Positions 1-14,530 of a DNA stretch of 64,000 bases are shown here, piece after piece. The number at the start of each line of letters is the position of its first letter. Within the stretch, counting starts at the first letter, position 1. The position numbers and the translations under genes are program-made. Location of the stretch: positions 119,598,001 through 119,662,000 of the forward strand of contig OX597818.1 in assembly GCA_951406725.2 (NCBI GenBank). Reading direction: 5' to 3'. The notes below the pieces were generated by a model. That model was given only the letters and a program-made list of their open reading frames with translations, was not told the DNA's origin and made no database searches. This stretch comes from Octopus vulgaris. Lineage: Eukaryota.

Positions 1-150
1 TTTTTTTTTTTTGGAGATCTCTTATCTGTCAGATCTTCAACGGAAAAATCAAAACAGTTGAGTATTTCTAGCAATTATTGATGAGGAATAGTAAGAGAAA
101 GTTTCGTACTCAGTTTTAAGACGTATTCAATTCTATATTTTCGGGTAAAT

Positions 151-189
<39 letters not shown>

Positions 190-192
<3 letters not shown>

Positions 193-409
193 TCTTTTAC
201 TTGTTTCAGTCATTTGACTGTGGCCATGGGCCATGTTGGAGCACTGCCTTTAGTCGAGCAAATCGACCCCAGGACATATTCTTTGTAAGCCTAGTACTTA
301 TAGTACTTATTCTATCGGTCTCTTTTACCGAACCTCTAAGTTACGGGGACGTAAACACGCCAGCATCGATTGTCAAGCGATGTTGGGGGACAGACACAAA
401 CACACAAAC

Positions 410-442
<33 letters not shown>

Positions 443-555
443 CACACATATACGACGGGCTTCTTTCAGTTTCTGTCTATGCCACGCAGTGGGACTGAAC
501 CTGGAACCATGTGGTTGGTAAGCAAGCTACTTACCACACAGCCACTCCTACGCCT
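190..555 (-). mobile_element. tRNA-derived SINE family A, internally deleted copy
   Basis: Minus-strand head AGGCGTAGGAGTGGCTGTGTGGTAAG...GGTTCAGTCCC (Pol III A/B-box-like), internal microsatellite, tail CTGAAACAAGTAAAAGAGT; matches many copies in the window. Confidence 0.9.
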
Positions 556-2079
556 AGGAGTGTATTATGTATTTGTATGCATCCTATATATCAATGGTTC
601 TTAGCTCGAGAACAGCTAGCCATCTTTCAACGAGCGAGCATAGAAGTAATGGAGTTCCATACTTAACCAGGAGTGTTTGTCTAACATTTTTTGGAAAAGC
701 ACTCAAAATTTCCATACATCTCTGATAATGGGTGCAGATGGAATTTATAACCTGGTTACAACAGCTGTAGGTTCTACTATACGATCACCATATAGTTTAT
801 ATAATATATGTGTGCCCGTCTCTGTGTGTGTATGTATCTCTGTGTGTACGTATGTATCTCAGCATATATGCGTGTATTCGTATGATTTTATTTAACCATA
901 AAGCAAATAAATGCCCATCTCTTAATAAGACAATGTGCAATCGACATGTTTTGACATCAACCATGGTACATTAGTAGAAAACAGTTTAAGTCAGCATTAA
1001 ACTATATAATTACGTTTTTGAACCCAATGAGGGAGCATTAACTGACCGTCCAATCCGTTAGGAATATCAGAAATATCTGTCTCAAATCACAGCCTCCCGT
1101 CGTAAAACAAAATACATTTTATGTGGTCAAGTATTTTATGTGGTCAATGCCTGGAAATAGATAGAATTTTATCATAGATCTCTGGCTAAACAACAGCAGC
1201 AACAGCAAAAAGACTCTTTGATTGCATATTGTATTATAGACTGACTCGAGTTTTCCGTTTTGGATTGCCTGAAGTTACAAGATGCATGCGATTAACACTA
1301 AGACAAATATACGTAAGCGATAGCTGAAATTTCAATAAAGAATGAAAGTGACTTTTAGAACACTCTAGTCTAGAACCTACTCACCTCATTCTGTAGAACT
1401 AAGTATTCATATAGTTTCGTCGTTCATATTTCTATTAGAAATGTGAAATATATGAAAGGATATATATTATAGGAGATATTGTGCTGATTGAAATATACAT
1501 AGACGAAGAAATGGACAAGAAATAAAACAAACGAAACTGATAATTCATATCTGAATAGCGTCATTTATTTTTAAATATAAACTCCGAATGCTTTGGAGGA
1601 CGAGAGAAAGAAATAGATATTTATCATTTATAATTAGAATTCCTTCAAGCATTCACAGAATCAATTGTTGTCTGTGATGCGTGATTTGATATTAGTTTCA
1701 TGTATGGAAATCCATCAAACAATTTCAACAGCTGATTATATTATTGTAAATTCCAACCAAAATATTCAGAAATTGTCGCTAAAACGAATAATAGTTCCTT
1801 CCAAAATGAACCTCATTATTCCCATAACTTTACACAGATTAATTATACAATAGAATGCCAAACTAATCATCTAATATTATTTATTCACAATAATCAGAAT
1901 TCTGGTTTCAGTTTTCGAGTTTTGTTTGCAGAAACAATAGTCTTGGTTTCTATTCAATTGGCTATATTACTGTCATACCCCAATAAATATCAGCAATGTG
2001 CTTTGCTTTTCATTGGAGTGATGTTTGTCTCATCATTTGTATTTGTTTATAATAAAATGAGTCAAATTTTGGTTTGAAT

Positions 2080-4320
2080 TTCTGAGCCGAGGAATTAACG
2101 TTTTTATTAATTGAGTATTCTGACTAGTCTTCCTATTTCGCTTGCGATATTGAGTCCACTAGCATTCTGGTATTTTTGTCTAAATTTCTTAGATGGAGGC
2201 ATCGTTATTGTTCACTGATTTATTGGGATTTTGTGCTCATTTAAAAATTTTTTTGTTATATTCACAAACTTTCGACCATTGCCCCGATTGTCCTTCTTAT
2301 GCTTCTCGATAATGTCTAAACGCTGATGAGGGACAAACACAGACTCAGTCTTACACACACACATACATATCTATACACAGTTCTTTCAGTTTCAGTCTGC
2401 CAAATCAATTCACAGGTCTTTGGTCGGTCTGAGACTATAGTAGAAGACCCTTGCCCAAGATGCAACACAGTGGAACTGAACCAGGAACCATGTGGTTAGG
2501 AAGCAATCTACTGACTACGCAGCTACATATCATTAGCAGTTTAATTATTTAACGTATCGTGTACAGTTGAAGTTCTTATATCTCTTCATCTATGTTTTAT
2601 ATTCCTTCAGTTTTATTACAGTTTCGATTTCCTAACAGCTATATATCTTCTTTTTATTATCGAAGTTTTGTTTTTATTTGTTTCACTTTTTTTTCCTGTT
2701 TCAGTAAGAGAAATCGTATATTCTTTTCATAAATCAATTGATTTATGAAAGTATTTTATTCCTAGCAAATATTGACAAATTAAGTTTGCTAAAGCAATTT
2801 TGAATTTTTTTTTTTATTAATGTTTATTACTTTATATATTTCGTGTTAGCCATTTTTCTATCAACAGAAAATTTTCTCACAACGAAATATTCAGAAAAGA
2901 AATTAAAAAATTCAACCGTTTATATTTATCTTTCATTATATACTTTACATGACAATTTGCTGTACTGTTTGTAAATTTCAAAATTCGTTCAACAATCGAA
3001 TGTAACGCTTCTAAAGAATTTGTTTTCGCACTTTCTTTATTCTTGTTAGAGTAAATCATTATTGTCCTGTAAAAATTCTAACGTTTCGTTCTCACTTTAA
3101 CACTCACAAATGTTATAGTGACTTTCGTAAACAAACTTCCAACTCGTTAACTGGAGATTGAATCCAGAGAATGGCCACTCGACTGACTGGCATGAAATCT
3201 TATATAAACATACTTCATAGATGCGTTTCTCTCCTCCTTTACTACTGCAACTAAAATGGTATCTACTAATCGGAGCTTACTGTTATTATGCAAAATCAAT
3301 TCTGCTCCTTTTTTTTCAGATGGGAAGGCTAATATTATTGTTCTAGTTACTAGAAGTAGGAAACGGATGTGAAATTTAAGTTAATAAATTTGCAGTGAGT
3401 TTCAGTCTACAGATGTACGGCTGTTGACCCAAAGATCGATTAAATAAGTACCAGTCGAGTACTGGTGTTGATGTGATCGATTTACTTCTTCCCTATGAAT
3501 ACTGCTCGTGTGCCAAGATTTGAAACGCATAAACTTGAAGATTAAATGTTCCTCATAAGGAATGGTATATTAAAAGATATTTATTTTATATATTATTCTT
3601 CACATATGGTACATTTAGTTTGGAAAAAAATATCAATCATGCATTTCTAAACGATTTCAGAATGTTTTGTCTCAGTATATGTATAAGGTAATGTGGTGCT
3701 ATTTTGATAGAAATATGTCTTGACATTTCCAAAAAATGTTATATGCCGTTCAATAAATCTGCCAATATCATCTTAAGCACTCTGACCTGTCCGAGAAGAA
3801 TTGTCCATGAAAAATATCTCTAGTTTTATCCTAGGAAGGATTACATGTCATAGTAATAAATCTAGTTTTACCAATTTTCTCACCATAACCATGGCATCAT
3901 AACAGTTTTCTCTCATGTTTCAAAGATGATATCAAAATGGTTATAGTTATACATCTTACATGAGTTCCTCCATCGTTGGCGACGGTAGCTAGATGATTAG
4001 TAACTTAGATACTATTAAATTCGGAAAGGTCTTTGCGCCAACTTCAATATGAGACTCGAAAACCCGTCGCTGAAAGAATATTCTTATGTACAGAAGTTGT
4101 ATTCTTCTGCTGCTAATTTGGCAACCATGTATTTCAGTAGTCTTATACTATATTTCTTACATTGCCATAAAGGCAGAACGCAGATAATGTAGCTTTGCGA
4201 GCTGGACACAAACATTAATGAAATTAATGATAATGATGCACTAACGAAAAAGATAGGAGAAACCAGAAAGCGCCCGCCGACCCTCTGCTTCTCTATAACA
4301 TTGTTCTTTACAAAACACAT
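2080..4320 (-). mobile_element. Highly degenerate Helitron RepHel remnant (Rep domain)
   Basis: Frameshifted minus-strand translation at about 3836-3910 gives YDAMVMVRKL-KLD-FITMTCNP (Helitron Rep YQDAMAIVRKFGKPDLFITFTCNP), then FGNVKTYFY; IGRLV near 2125-2140; boundaries approximate. Confidence 0.6.
2375..2525 (-). mobile_element. SINE family A, 5' half, diverged
   Basis: Matches SINE-A head/core (GGAACTGAACCAGGAACCATGTGG, TTGCCCAAG). Confidence 0.8.
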
Positions 4321-4554
4321 GAACTGAGGACTTAACCCTCTTTCAATTTTTAAAATACCTTATTTGGACTTAAAAAGTCCATACAATACAATATACATAT
4401 ATATTTCAGTAATCTTATACTGATGCATCTGTTGACGTTCAAGATTAATGTTCGATCTTGGTTTCCATCTTTTATCTCCAAAAAGAGAGAATAATGTGTA
4501 ATCGTTGCATGAAAATTAAGGCTCGGTGTATCGTAACTGATGAGGGACGTTTCT

Positions 4555-4785
4555 TATTTCTTTACTGCCCACAAGGGGCTACACAGAGAAGGGACAAACA
4601 AGGATAGACAAGCGGATTAAGTCGATTATATCGACCCAGTGCGTAACTGGTACTTATTTAATCGACCCCGAAAGGATGAAAGGCAAAGTCGACTTCGGAG
4701 GAATTTGAACTCAGAACGTAGCGACAGACGAAATACTGCTAAGGATTTCGCCCGGCGTGCTAATGTTTCTGCCAGCTCACCGCCT
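4555..4785 (-). mobile_element. SINE family B, full-length, Tx1-like tail
   Basis: Minus-strand head GGCGGTGAGCTGGCAGAAAC..., core GTCGACTTTGCCTTTCATCCTTTCGGGGTCG, tail ...GCCCCTTGTGGGCAGTAAAGAAATA. Confidence 0.9.
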
Positions 4786-4799
4786 TCTTATTATAATCA

Positions 4800-5642
4800 A
4801 TAATGGCTTGAAACTTGTCACAAGGCCAGCAATTTCGAGGGAGAAGCTAATCGACTACATCGAACCCAGTGCTTAAATGAGAATTTGAACTCGGCTAAAT
4901 TTGAACTCAGAACGTAAAGTCGGACAAAATGCCGCTAAGCATTTCGTCCGGCGTTCTAATGATACTGCCAGCACGCCGCTTTAACTCATTAACTGCCAAA
5001 TTCTTTTATTCGTAATTTTTGGCTTTGCGAGGTGTCTTAGGAGCTAAAATAATATATAGTATTTAAATTTTCTTCGTATGTGAATTATTTTGGAGATTAT
5101 GATAAATTTTTCGAAAAGTCCTAAATGGGGATTGCTGAAAAAAATCCAGCATATTTATCCTTTTCTATTCAATTGCAATAATAAATATTTTAGTTGCGAA
5201 TGTGTATGAAATATCAATGAATGATATAGATGGGAAATGCAAATAAAAAAGAGTCAATAATTTTGTAGTTCAAAACTTGCAATTTATAACATAAAATGGC
5301 GTCTAGAATTAGCCAGAGCTAATACGGACAAACTTTACTAAATATTGTTAAACACACATCTGCAAAGAACTATAAATAAGCAATTTACTTTAAATACAAC
5401 GAACAACCGGCAGTGAGACAGTTTTTAGCAGATCCCCAAATGGGGCTCATGACAGGCAATAGGTTAAACACAATAATATTGGTTTCAAATTCTGGCCCAA
5501 GGACAGCATTTTTGAGGGAGGGAAGTTAATATTAATCTGATACTTAGTTTATCGACGGTGAAAAGATGAAGGCAAGATCGAACTCAGGACGTAAAGCATT
5601 TTTTCCTGCCGATGCTAACGGTTCTGCCAGTTCACCGCCTTA
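4800..5642 (-). mobile_element. Two older SINE-B copies (about 4800-4982 and 5480-5642)
   Basis: TTTGAACTCAGAACGTAAAG / CTGCCAG...CCGCCT similarity to SINE-B. Confidence 0.7.
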
Positions 5643-6040
5643 ATCAATATTAATTATAAATCTCCATTTTATGAAGCTGGACTGCTCGTCAATATTATAT
5701 TCTTTAGTTACAGATTTACAATTTTCCCCTATTTTTGTCTTGCTTAGCTCATTACTTTGTAAGATATAAACTACCATTATTATTAGCTGTAGAAATAAAT
5801 TCTGCATACTAAGATATATTTTGCCAAAATAAAAACCTCGAGTCCATTACTTAATAATTATTTAAGTACATACGTTAATTTAGCTTTATAAATAAGCATT
5901 CATTTATTAATCTATATTCACTAGTATCTATGAAATGGTAACTACATTTTAAGCTGATTACTTCTTGAATATGTCTGATAGAACTTACTTAATTACATAT
6001 TTTTTGTGCAGAGCATTCTCTCCACATATACAGGTATACA

Positions 6041-6113
<73 letters not shown>

Positions 6114-6669
6114 TATATGGATAGATAAGCGTATGTATTTGTATTGATTAACATTCAATTACACTAATGAACCGTTGCCTTCATTTTTAGCCACATCTCA
6201 TAGACATGTATATATAAAGGAGGAACTTAATTTATTAAAGTTGATTGCACAACTAAAAGTTGTTTCCCCACTGGCAAGTAAAAATTGGAAGTTTGGTGTG
6301 TATATATGTATACATGTTTACATGTGTATATACATGTATCTATATTTATCTACTTATATATAATACGAAGGCATATATACATATATATACATATGTACAT
6401 ACACACACATATATATATACATATGTGTATGCGTGTATGTGTTCATGTTATAATTTTATCATTCTATGTAAAAACAAGCACAACACACACACATTCGTTA
6501 ATTTTAAACAAAAATAGCGAGAGTGGGCGCTCAACACAGAATTGGCATTCTCATCCGAATTGGAGACGATTATTACGTTCCCTTGTGATACGATTGGATA
6601 ATTCTAAAGAATTTTTTTCAATATTGAAATCATTGACTCCGGACAAAATGTTCAGCGACAATTAAATCT

Positions 6670-6845
6670 GGGGTAGTGGCGACTCCTGTTGTACTCTTTC
6701 GCCACAACCTTCTATCAATCTCTTTTCATATTTCTTGAGTAACGCTGTGATGGACTGGCGTCCCATCCAGCTGGGGAGGAACACAAACTCCAAAGAAACC
6801 GGGAAATCGGGCCCATGAGCCTGGCTAGGCTTGAAAAGGGTGACG
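6670..6845 (+). mobile_element. SINE fragment sharing a middle segment with family D, with a V-domain-like segment
   Basis: CTGTTGTACTCTTTCGCCACAAC resembles 38175-38200; GATGGACTGGCGTCCCATCCAG resembles the V-SINE conserved domain. Confidence 0.5.
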
Positions 6846-6847
6846 TT

Positions 6848-7440
6848 TTTATTCTCATACATATAGTTGCATATCTAGACATGCTCATACATATTTAAAT
6901 CATAAACTTTCGCAAAGTTTTACAGATTTTTAAGGTTCCAGTAATGGACTGGATATATGGTCTTCGAATTAGCTTTTTCCTTTCTGATTGTGAGAAGCCT
7001 TGTTTCTCAAGGTGGTATTTAGGCAGTGTGTTACATATCCCATTACAGGTATACATTACAGGTATAAATCTGAACTTGTAATCTGGATAGAGTAACAGCA
7101 GATTTCTTAATAGTTCAGCGTATATTTCACTTCAGGTTTATTTTAACATCGGCTGGGCAGCTAAATCTCACGATACACAGTTACTCTTCTTCATCCCAAA
7201 TCATTATATCGGGTCCGTTGTGTTTACATTTTATTGAGGTCTTCACTGGGACATTCCACCAGTACCGTTTTTTATGCGTCGCTGTGACTTCTACCAAACT
7301 GTGGGTTCTTATTTCTTTGTCCTCAGAGTTTTCCTACTGACGTATTTCCTTATAGTGTCCTAGCTACAACATCATGTTTCATCGGTAGATAATACCGTGA
7401 TGACATTTTCAGACAACTGCTTATGATGTAGGTGATATGT
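6848..7440 (-). mobile_element. 3' fragment of an RLE-type (R4/Dong/NeSL-like) non-LTR retrotransposon
   Basis: IISSCLKMSSRYYLPMKHDVVARTL (zinc knuckle/RHD region), KHNGPDIMIWD...SCPADV (PD..E/D nuclease), C-terminal IQSITGTLKICKTLRKFMI*; disrupted. Confidence 0.75.
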
Positions 7441-7509
7441 ATGTATATATGTATGTATTTATGTACATATATATATATATACATATATACACACACACAC
7501 GCATGCACG

Positions 7510-7559
<50 letters not shown>

Positions 7560-7689
7560 CTTGGAAAATGATGCGTGACGTTCGATCATATAATATTATA
7601 AATAATACATAAATATATGCATATATACATACATATATGTACATACCTACTTATATATGTATATATACATGCATATATGGGTCATATAT

Positions 7690-7872
7690 GGGTACAGGAC
7701 ATGAGAAAAAATAATAAAACGTTGAACACAATGAGAAACGAAAACATAAAAACAAAAACATAGAGAACGAACTTTTTTTCGAACAATGAAAAAAACAGAG
7801 ATGAGACATGCAACATAAAGAATATTCCCCTTCATCAGTTGTCCCTGCTTCATCTGCTCCGCGTTTCGAAGG
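7690..7872 (-). repeat. Penelope pseudo-LTR-like fragment
   Basis: Minus strand CGAAACGCG...CTGATGAAGGGG followed by a T-rich tract, embedded in (AT)n. Confidence 0.4.
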
Positions 7873-8709
7873 ATATATATATATATATATATATGTATAC
7901 AATCACATACACACACACACTTTTACACACTGCTGACTGGCTACTGCTATACACATATCATATTCATAATTCGGACTTAGATTGATATGGTTGTGTAAAG
8001 GATTAGCATAACTCGAAAATTGATGAAAAGTAAAAATATATCTGTATAATGTGTGTAAATATATAGAAGATTAAATGGGTGGTTTTCGCTGAAAGACAAT
8101 ACCTGGTAACGGGTAAATAAACCCAGGTGAGTCAACGGCCAACCAGTGGCTGGGAGAGACCCCGTGTCTTCATTAACACGTTTGTATTGAAAAGGGATCA
8201 TCTGATATAACTCGCAACTCTTGTTTGCAAATTACTTGGCCTTGTGAGCGTTTTACCGATGTTGTGTAACCTGTTATCAATATTAAATTTCAACACGGGA
8301 ATTCTTGACTGCCAATTGCTATTGTCTTTAACTTTTAGGTTAATATAAATTGTCAGTGGTGGTCATATATATATGAGATTATATAAGACAATCTAGAATA
8401 ATGTGAATAGTGAACGCAGCATCAACCAACACAAAGAACGACAGAAGAATTAACTGTCATTGTCACTCAGGCATACATACACTTCAAAGTATCTTAGTTA
8501 ATGGATTTGTATTTTCATTGGATAACCTTTAGCATTACAATATTAAGCGATATAGCATAATATAAGGTGATACGTAAATGTGTGCGTGTATTGAAAACCT
8601 ATCGGGCAAAGAAAAAGTGCATATACATTTATATACACATGCAAATATGAATGCACAGATCAAAATACACACACCAATATATACACACACACACACACGC
8701 ACGTATAAA

Positions 8710-8750
<41 letters not shown>

Positions 8751-9060
8751 TTATATCTATATCTACATGTATGTATGTATGCATGTATGTATGTATCCAT
8801 CGATCTATCTATCTATCTATCTCTCTATCTATCTATCCATCTATACATATATATATACATTCATACGTACACATGCGCATGCATATATATATATATATAT
8901 TCACATGTATATTCATATGTATATAGTTATACACACACACACATATGTACGTATGTATATAAGCATATATATATATATATATATTTATATATTCTTTGGT
9001 ACATCTTTGTCTCTCTTTCTCTCTCTCTATCTGTCTTTCAATCTATCTATTTATCTATCA

Positions 9061-9099
<39 letters not shown>

Positions 9100-10403
9100 C
9101 ATGTATGTTGCATGTATGTATGTGCATATAAATATGTAAGATGAAAATTAAATTTAAAATTATTTGCATACACACAACACACACAAACACACAAACACAC
9201 ACACACACACACGCACACACACACGCACGCACACACACACACATATATATTTATATATATAATGAAAATAATAAAATTACATCTAATAACAACAATTTGA
9301 AAAATGCAAGAATGTAGAAGAATGCAAACTTTATTTTCTTCAACGTAAACGTAATTATAATCGCTTTATAAATTGTTTGTGACAAAATTTATGAGGTGAT
9401 GCTTACAAAATGTTTACATATCAATGTTTATAAAATGTTTTTCTAACTATTTTATATTTCGTTTTTGCTCGATGTATATAAAATCCAAGAATTCAGTCCC
9501 ACTTGTCTGAAATAGTTCTGATACACTTGTCGCTACTTAGAGGCCATTTCATAATTTCTATTTAATAGCCATTACACATACATAATCAGGAGGCTACAAT
9601 GTTATTTGTTTTTCGAAAAAACTATGTCTCCCGCTGAAATTTGATTTTAATATCCCATTATATAAAACACCAGCTAATGCAAGGTAAAGTTTCGTGTTAA
9701 ATTAATATCTTTCGAACAGTAATATGTAAATATTTAGACATAGATTTTGATTATTTTTTACAAGGCATCTTATACAAGCTAACTTTATCGGGGAACTTCC
9801 TCTTCTCTGCACACACCCCTCATTCTGTACCACTCATACACTGTGACCACACACACAGGAGAGTTGGATGAAAGCGGCAGTGATTACTTCTTTGTTTAAA
9901 TGTTTAATGTTTCTGTTAAGTAGACATAATATATTTCGGAAGGGCTTGTGTATGGGATAGACTTTTTCAATCCGCGCATATACATATATTCTTATATATA
10001 CATAAACATTTACATACATACGTACATTCATACATACATACATAATACATACACACACGCACACACACATACACGTAAAGAAATAAGAATTAAAATGAAA
10101 TTAAAAATTATAGTTATAATAATTAAAAAATATTAATGAACTGTATAATGAACTTATTAGGTTGTTTTTCAGAAGCAACGTATTTATACGTGTTGCATAT
10201 TTTCAAATCAATTCGCGCCAAACATGATGTAATCTCCCTCTACGGCAAAATGACTTGGATTTCATGTACAAAACCCTATTAAGGATCATTCAATTAAACG
10301 CGGCGATAATTCATTATTTTAAGATTTATACAGTACGCCTATCACTAACGTTTACTGTATTTTTGTTAAAATCCTTGTGACAATTCGATCTAGAGAAATG
10401 CTT

Positions 10404-10522
10404 ATGCGTGGCACCTTGGTCAAATGTCTTCTGCTATAGCCTCGGACCGACCAAAGCCTTGAGAGTGGATTTGGTAGACGGAAACGGAAAGAATCCCGTT
10501 GTATATATGTGTGTGTGTGTGA

Positions 10523-10569
<47 letters not shown>

Positions 10570-10760
10570 CTTGTCTCCCCAACATCACTTGACAACCGAT
10601 ATTGGTGTGTTTACGTCCCCGTAACTTAGCAGTTCAGCAAAAGAGACCGATAGAATAAGTACTAAGCTTACAAAGAATAAGTCCTGAGGTCGATTTGCTA
10701 GACTAAAGGCGGTACGCCAGCATGGCCGCAGTCAAAATGACTGAAACAAGTAAAGAGTAA
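10404..10760 (+). mobile_element. SINE family A (head truncated)
   Basis: GCGTGGCACCTTGG...internal (GT)n...CTGAAACAAGTAAAGAGTAAAA. Confidence 0.9.
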
Positions 10761-11276
10761 AATTCATTTGCAATTACGAAATCCTGGGTTCAGATCCACT
10801 ACTTAATCTTGGCAAGTGCATTTTCTCATTGCCATGGGTCGCACAAAGTCTTATCTGTGAAACAGGGATAGACGAGGACCGTGCCAGATCGTCGAATGGC
10901 TTGCAAACCATGAATGAACATGTGATATTTGCGTTAAGAATCAGTATGCTTTCTTCTCAGGTAATTTTTTCTTGTGGTTAAAGTAACCATTTCGCTTATA
11001 TTCTTGTATAAGCGTCACATTTGTGAAAAAAAGGGAATCCTTTGATAAATGCAGATATGATGCTTCTTGTCCAGTTATCGCCCTTTACTTTGTATGTGTG
11101 ATTCTTCACCTGTGTGGGTGTGCGTGCTTTTGTGTTCATTTATATATGTTGCGCGTATATATATATATATATATATATATATTTACATATACACACGCAT
11201 ATATATATATACATATATACATATACATATATATATATATACATTATATATATATATATATATACACATATATATA

Positions 11277-11326
<50 letters not shown>

Positions 11327-11805
11327 ACATATATATATATTTTGTATATGCAGACACACATACTCTCTCTCTCTCTCTCTCTCTCACATACACACACATA
11401 TATATATACATACATATATAGACATGTACTTATATCTTTTCCAAAAGTTTCACATTCACATATTTCCCATGTGGTTGCTGCGCTGTCTGTCGGCATCCTT
11501 GTATCAATGTAGGTTTTTTCTTCACTTTTACTTACTTTGATTAAATTCTTTTTTGGCTTCCTTAATGTCGGAAGATACGATGTGTTAGTAATATTTCGAG
11601 ATAATATATTCATGGAAACGATACTGAATATGAATTACAAGTAAAAGAACAGAAACTTTCATCACTCACTGTGACTAATGGATCAGAGAAAATAAGAACA
11701 CACACAGATATATTCATTTATGTAATAATATATGCTTACCTATAGGAATATATATTATATATTAGATATGTCCACCGACACACACACACACACATATATA
11801 TACAC

Positions 11806-11839
<34 letters not shown>

Positions 11840-11892
11840 ATACATGCTTACATACATACGTACGTACATACATACATACATACATACATACA

Positions 11893-11960
<68 letters not shown>

Positions 11961-11963
<3 letters not shown>

Positions 11964-12693
11964 TTAAAATGAGGGTGAGAAATTTGATATTAATTTAATT
12001 AACATCAATTTCACACCAGTGGTCTAGCATATAAAAATCTGAAGGGTGAGCAAAATTGTATTATATACATATGAGAGGGATGACCACTACGTAGGCAAGC
12101 CTTATGCTAGAAGTGGATCCGCTATGGTCTTACCACTAAGAAATGTTCTCAAGAAAAGATTCAGCTAACACCAGAACGTAATCGAGCAAGACAAAAGAAA
12201 AGCAATAAAAATATGGATTATTCACATACATGTTTCACTATTAACATATTACGTAAATGGCCGTTGATCTTCGGTGTGACCGTCCAAATAAATATAATTT
12301 GCAGAACTATATACTAGGACGTCCGCTCAAAGTCGGATCTGTATATAGTTCTACCTGTTACACTCGTGGTTACTATCCAAATGTCATCGTTTTGCCGTGC
12401 TAAATTACCGAAAAAATAATACTGTAGAAGATAATTTACTGCAGTGGGTTTTGCCGGTTAGCGAACGTATTAATTTAAATTTGAATTTAAAACGAGGGTG
12501 AGAAATTTGATACTAATTCAAGTAACATCAATTTCACACCAGTTGTCTAGCATATAAAAATCTGAAGGTTCAGTAAAATTGTATTATATACATATACGAC
12601 CACTATGTAGGCAACCCTTATGCTAGAAGTAGATCCGCTATGGTCTTACCACTAAGAAATGTTCTCAAGAAAAGATTCAGCAAACACCAGAAC
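11961..12693. repeat. About 215-bp direct repeats (11961-12177, 12484-12693) around a spacer with a hammerhead-like motif; Penelope pLTR-like
   Basis: Near-identical GAGGGTGAGAAATTTGAT...CACCAGAAC units. Confidence 0.8.
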
Positions 12694-12710
12694 AAGACAT
12701 GTATGTGAAT

Positions 12711-12921
12711 ACTCTTTTACTCTTTTACTTGTTTCAGTCATTTGACTGCGGCTATGCTGGAGCACCGCCTTTAGTCGAGCAAATCGACCCCGGGACTTAT
12801 TCTTTGTAAGCCCAATACTTATTCTATCGGTCTCTATTGCCGAATCGCTATGTGACGGGGATGTAAACACACCAGCATCGGTTTTCAAGCAAGGCTAGGG
12901 GGACAAACACACACAAACACA

Positions 12922-12996
<75 letters not shown>

Positions 12997-13162
12997 TACG
13001 ACAGGCTTCTTTCAGTTTCCGTCTACCAAATCCACTCACAAGGCATTGGTCGGCCCGAGACTATAGCAGAAGACACTTGCCCAAGATGCCACGCAGTGGG
13101 ACTGAACCCGGAACCATGTGGCTGGTTAGCAAGCTACTTACCACACAGCCACTCCTGCGCCT
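12711..13162 (-). mobile_element. SINE family A, full-length
   Basis: Complete head, core, internal microsatellite and AAAAGAGT tail. Confidence 0.95.
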
Positions 13163-14131
13163 AATCCATATTTTTATTGCTTTTCTTTTGTCTTGCTCGA
13201 TTGCGTTCTGGTGTTTGCTGAATGTCTGAGTGTATGTATGTGTGTGTGTCTGTGTTTGGGTTTTTGTGATTATGTACTATCTGCAGGTATGGGTGTGTGT
13301 CTACATATGTATGTGTATGTGTGGTTGTCTGTTCATATTATCTATATACCTATCCGTCTGTGTGTCTATCTGTTTACTTTCATATCCATTTGCCTACATA
13401 CATGTGCATACACACACACGCACACACACACACACACACATATATATACCATTTATATACACACATAAACATATATATACCATTTATACACACACACACA
13501 CACATCACACACACACACACAAGCACACACACGAAACACACTGAAGAACGACTAATTCAGAAAAAAGCGTGTGTAAAATTTATGTATAGATATAACTTCA
13601 AAATGGATGGCTGAAGTCGACTATACGTCTCTTTCGTGTGCATTCATATTTATACATATATTTACATACACATATACACACGCACCTTCACACACTCACA
13701 CACACACACACACACATGTATCGAAGGAGAGAGAGAGAGAGGAAAAACAGAGCTGGTGACAGAGAAACTGGAAGGGACACATAATAGTACTTAATGACTA
13801 AGAAATATTACACTTAAACTTCGAATTGTTACGTAGGGTTGAATATACATATATTTATACATCTTGTCGTACGCAATGCATTCTTTACGTATTCACCCCT
13901 TTTCTAAGAAAATCCTTTATAGTTCTGCATGTTCGCTTTTATTTCAATCATGAGTCCCTATTGTAGGATTTTCGTTATTTTTATGCAAAATAACGCCTGC
14001 TGAGATATGCACCAGTATTATCAAACTCCATCTTTGAATATACGTTTTGTACTGAGTTTTTTTTTGTTCAGGTTTACACTTGCATATGTACCCATCCTTC
14101 TTGCCCCACATATGCCCAACTATACGCATGT

Positions 14132-14269
<138 letters not shown>

Positions 14270-14292
14270 TTATATATATATATATACATATA

Positions 14293-14330
<38 letters not shown>

Positions 14331-14486
14331 CATACATACATACACATATATATATATATATATAAAATGTATGTGTATACAAATACATGCATATAAATAA
14401 TATTAAGGCATGTACACACACACACACATATCTACATGTAGACATACATATATACATACATACATACACTTATACATACATATATA

Positions 14487-14530
<44 letters not shown>

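Noticed and set aside
201-604. Recurrent ORFs with RRASFSF/EPGTMWL peptides (also 22577, 34024, 51824, 56805)
   Set aside because: Chance frames of SINE-A, not a gene family
2322-2335. CTGATGAGGGAC hammerhead-like starts (also 4537 and about 61750 minus)
   Set aside because: No downstream stem II, GAAA or stem III could be built
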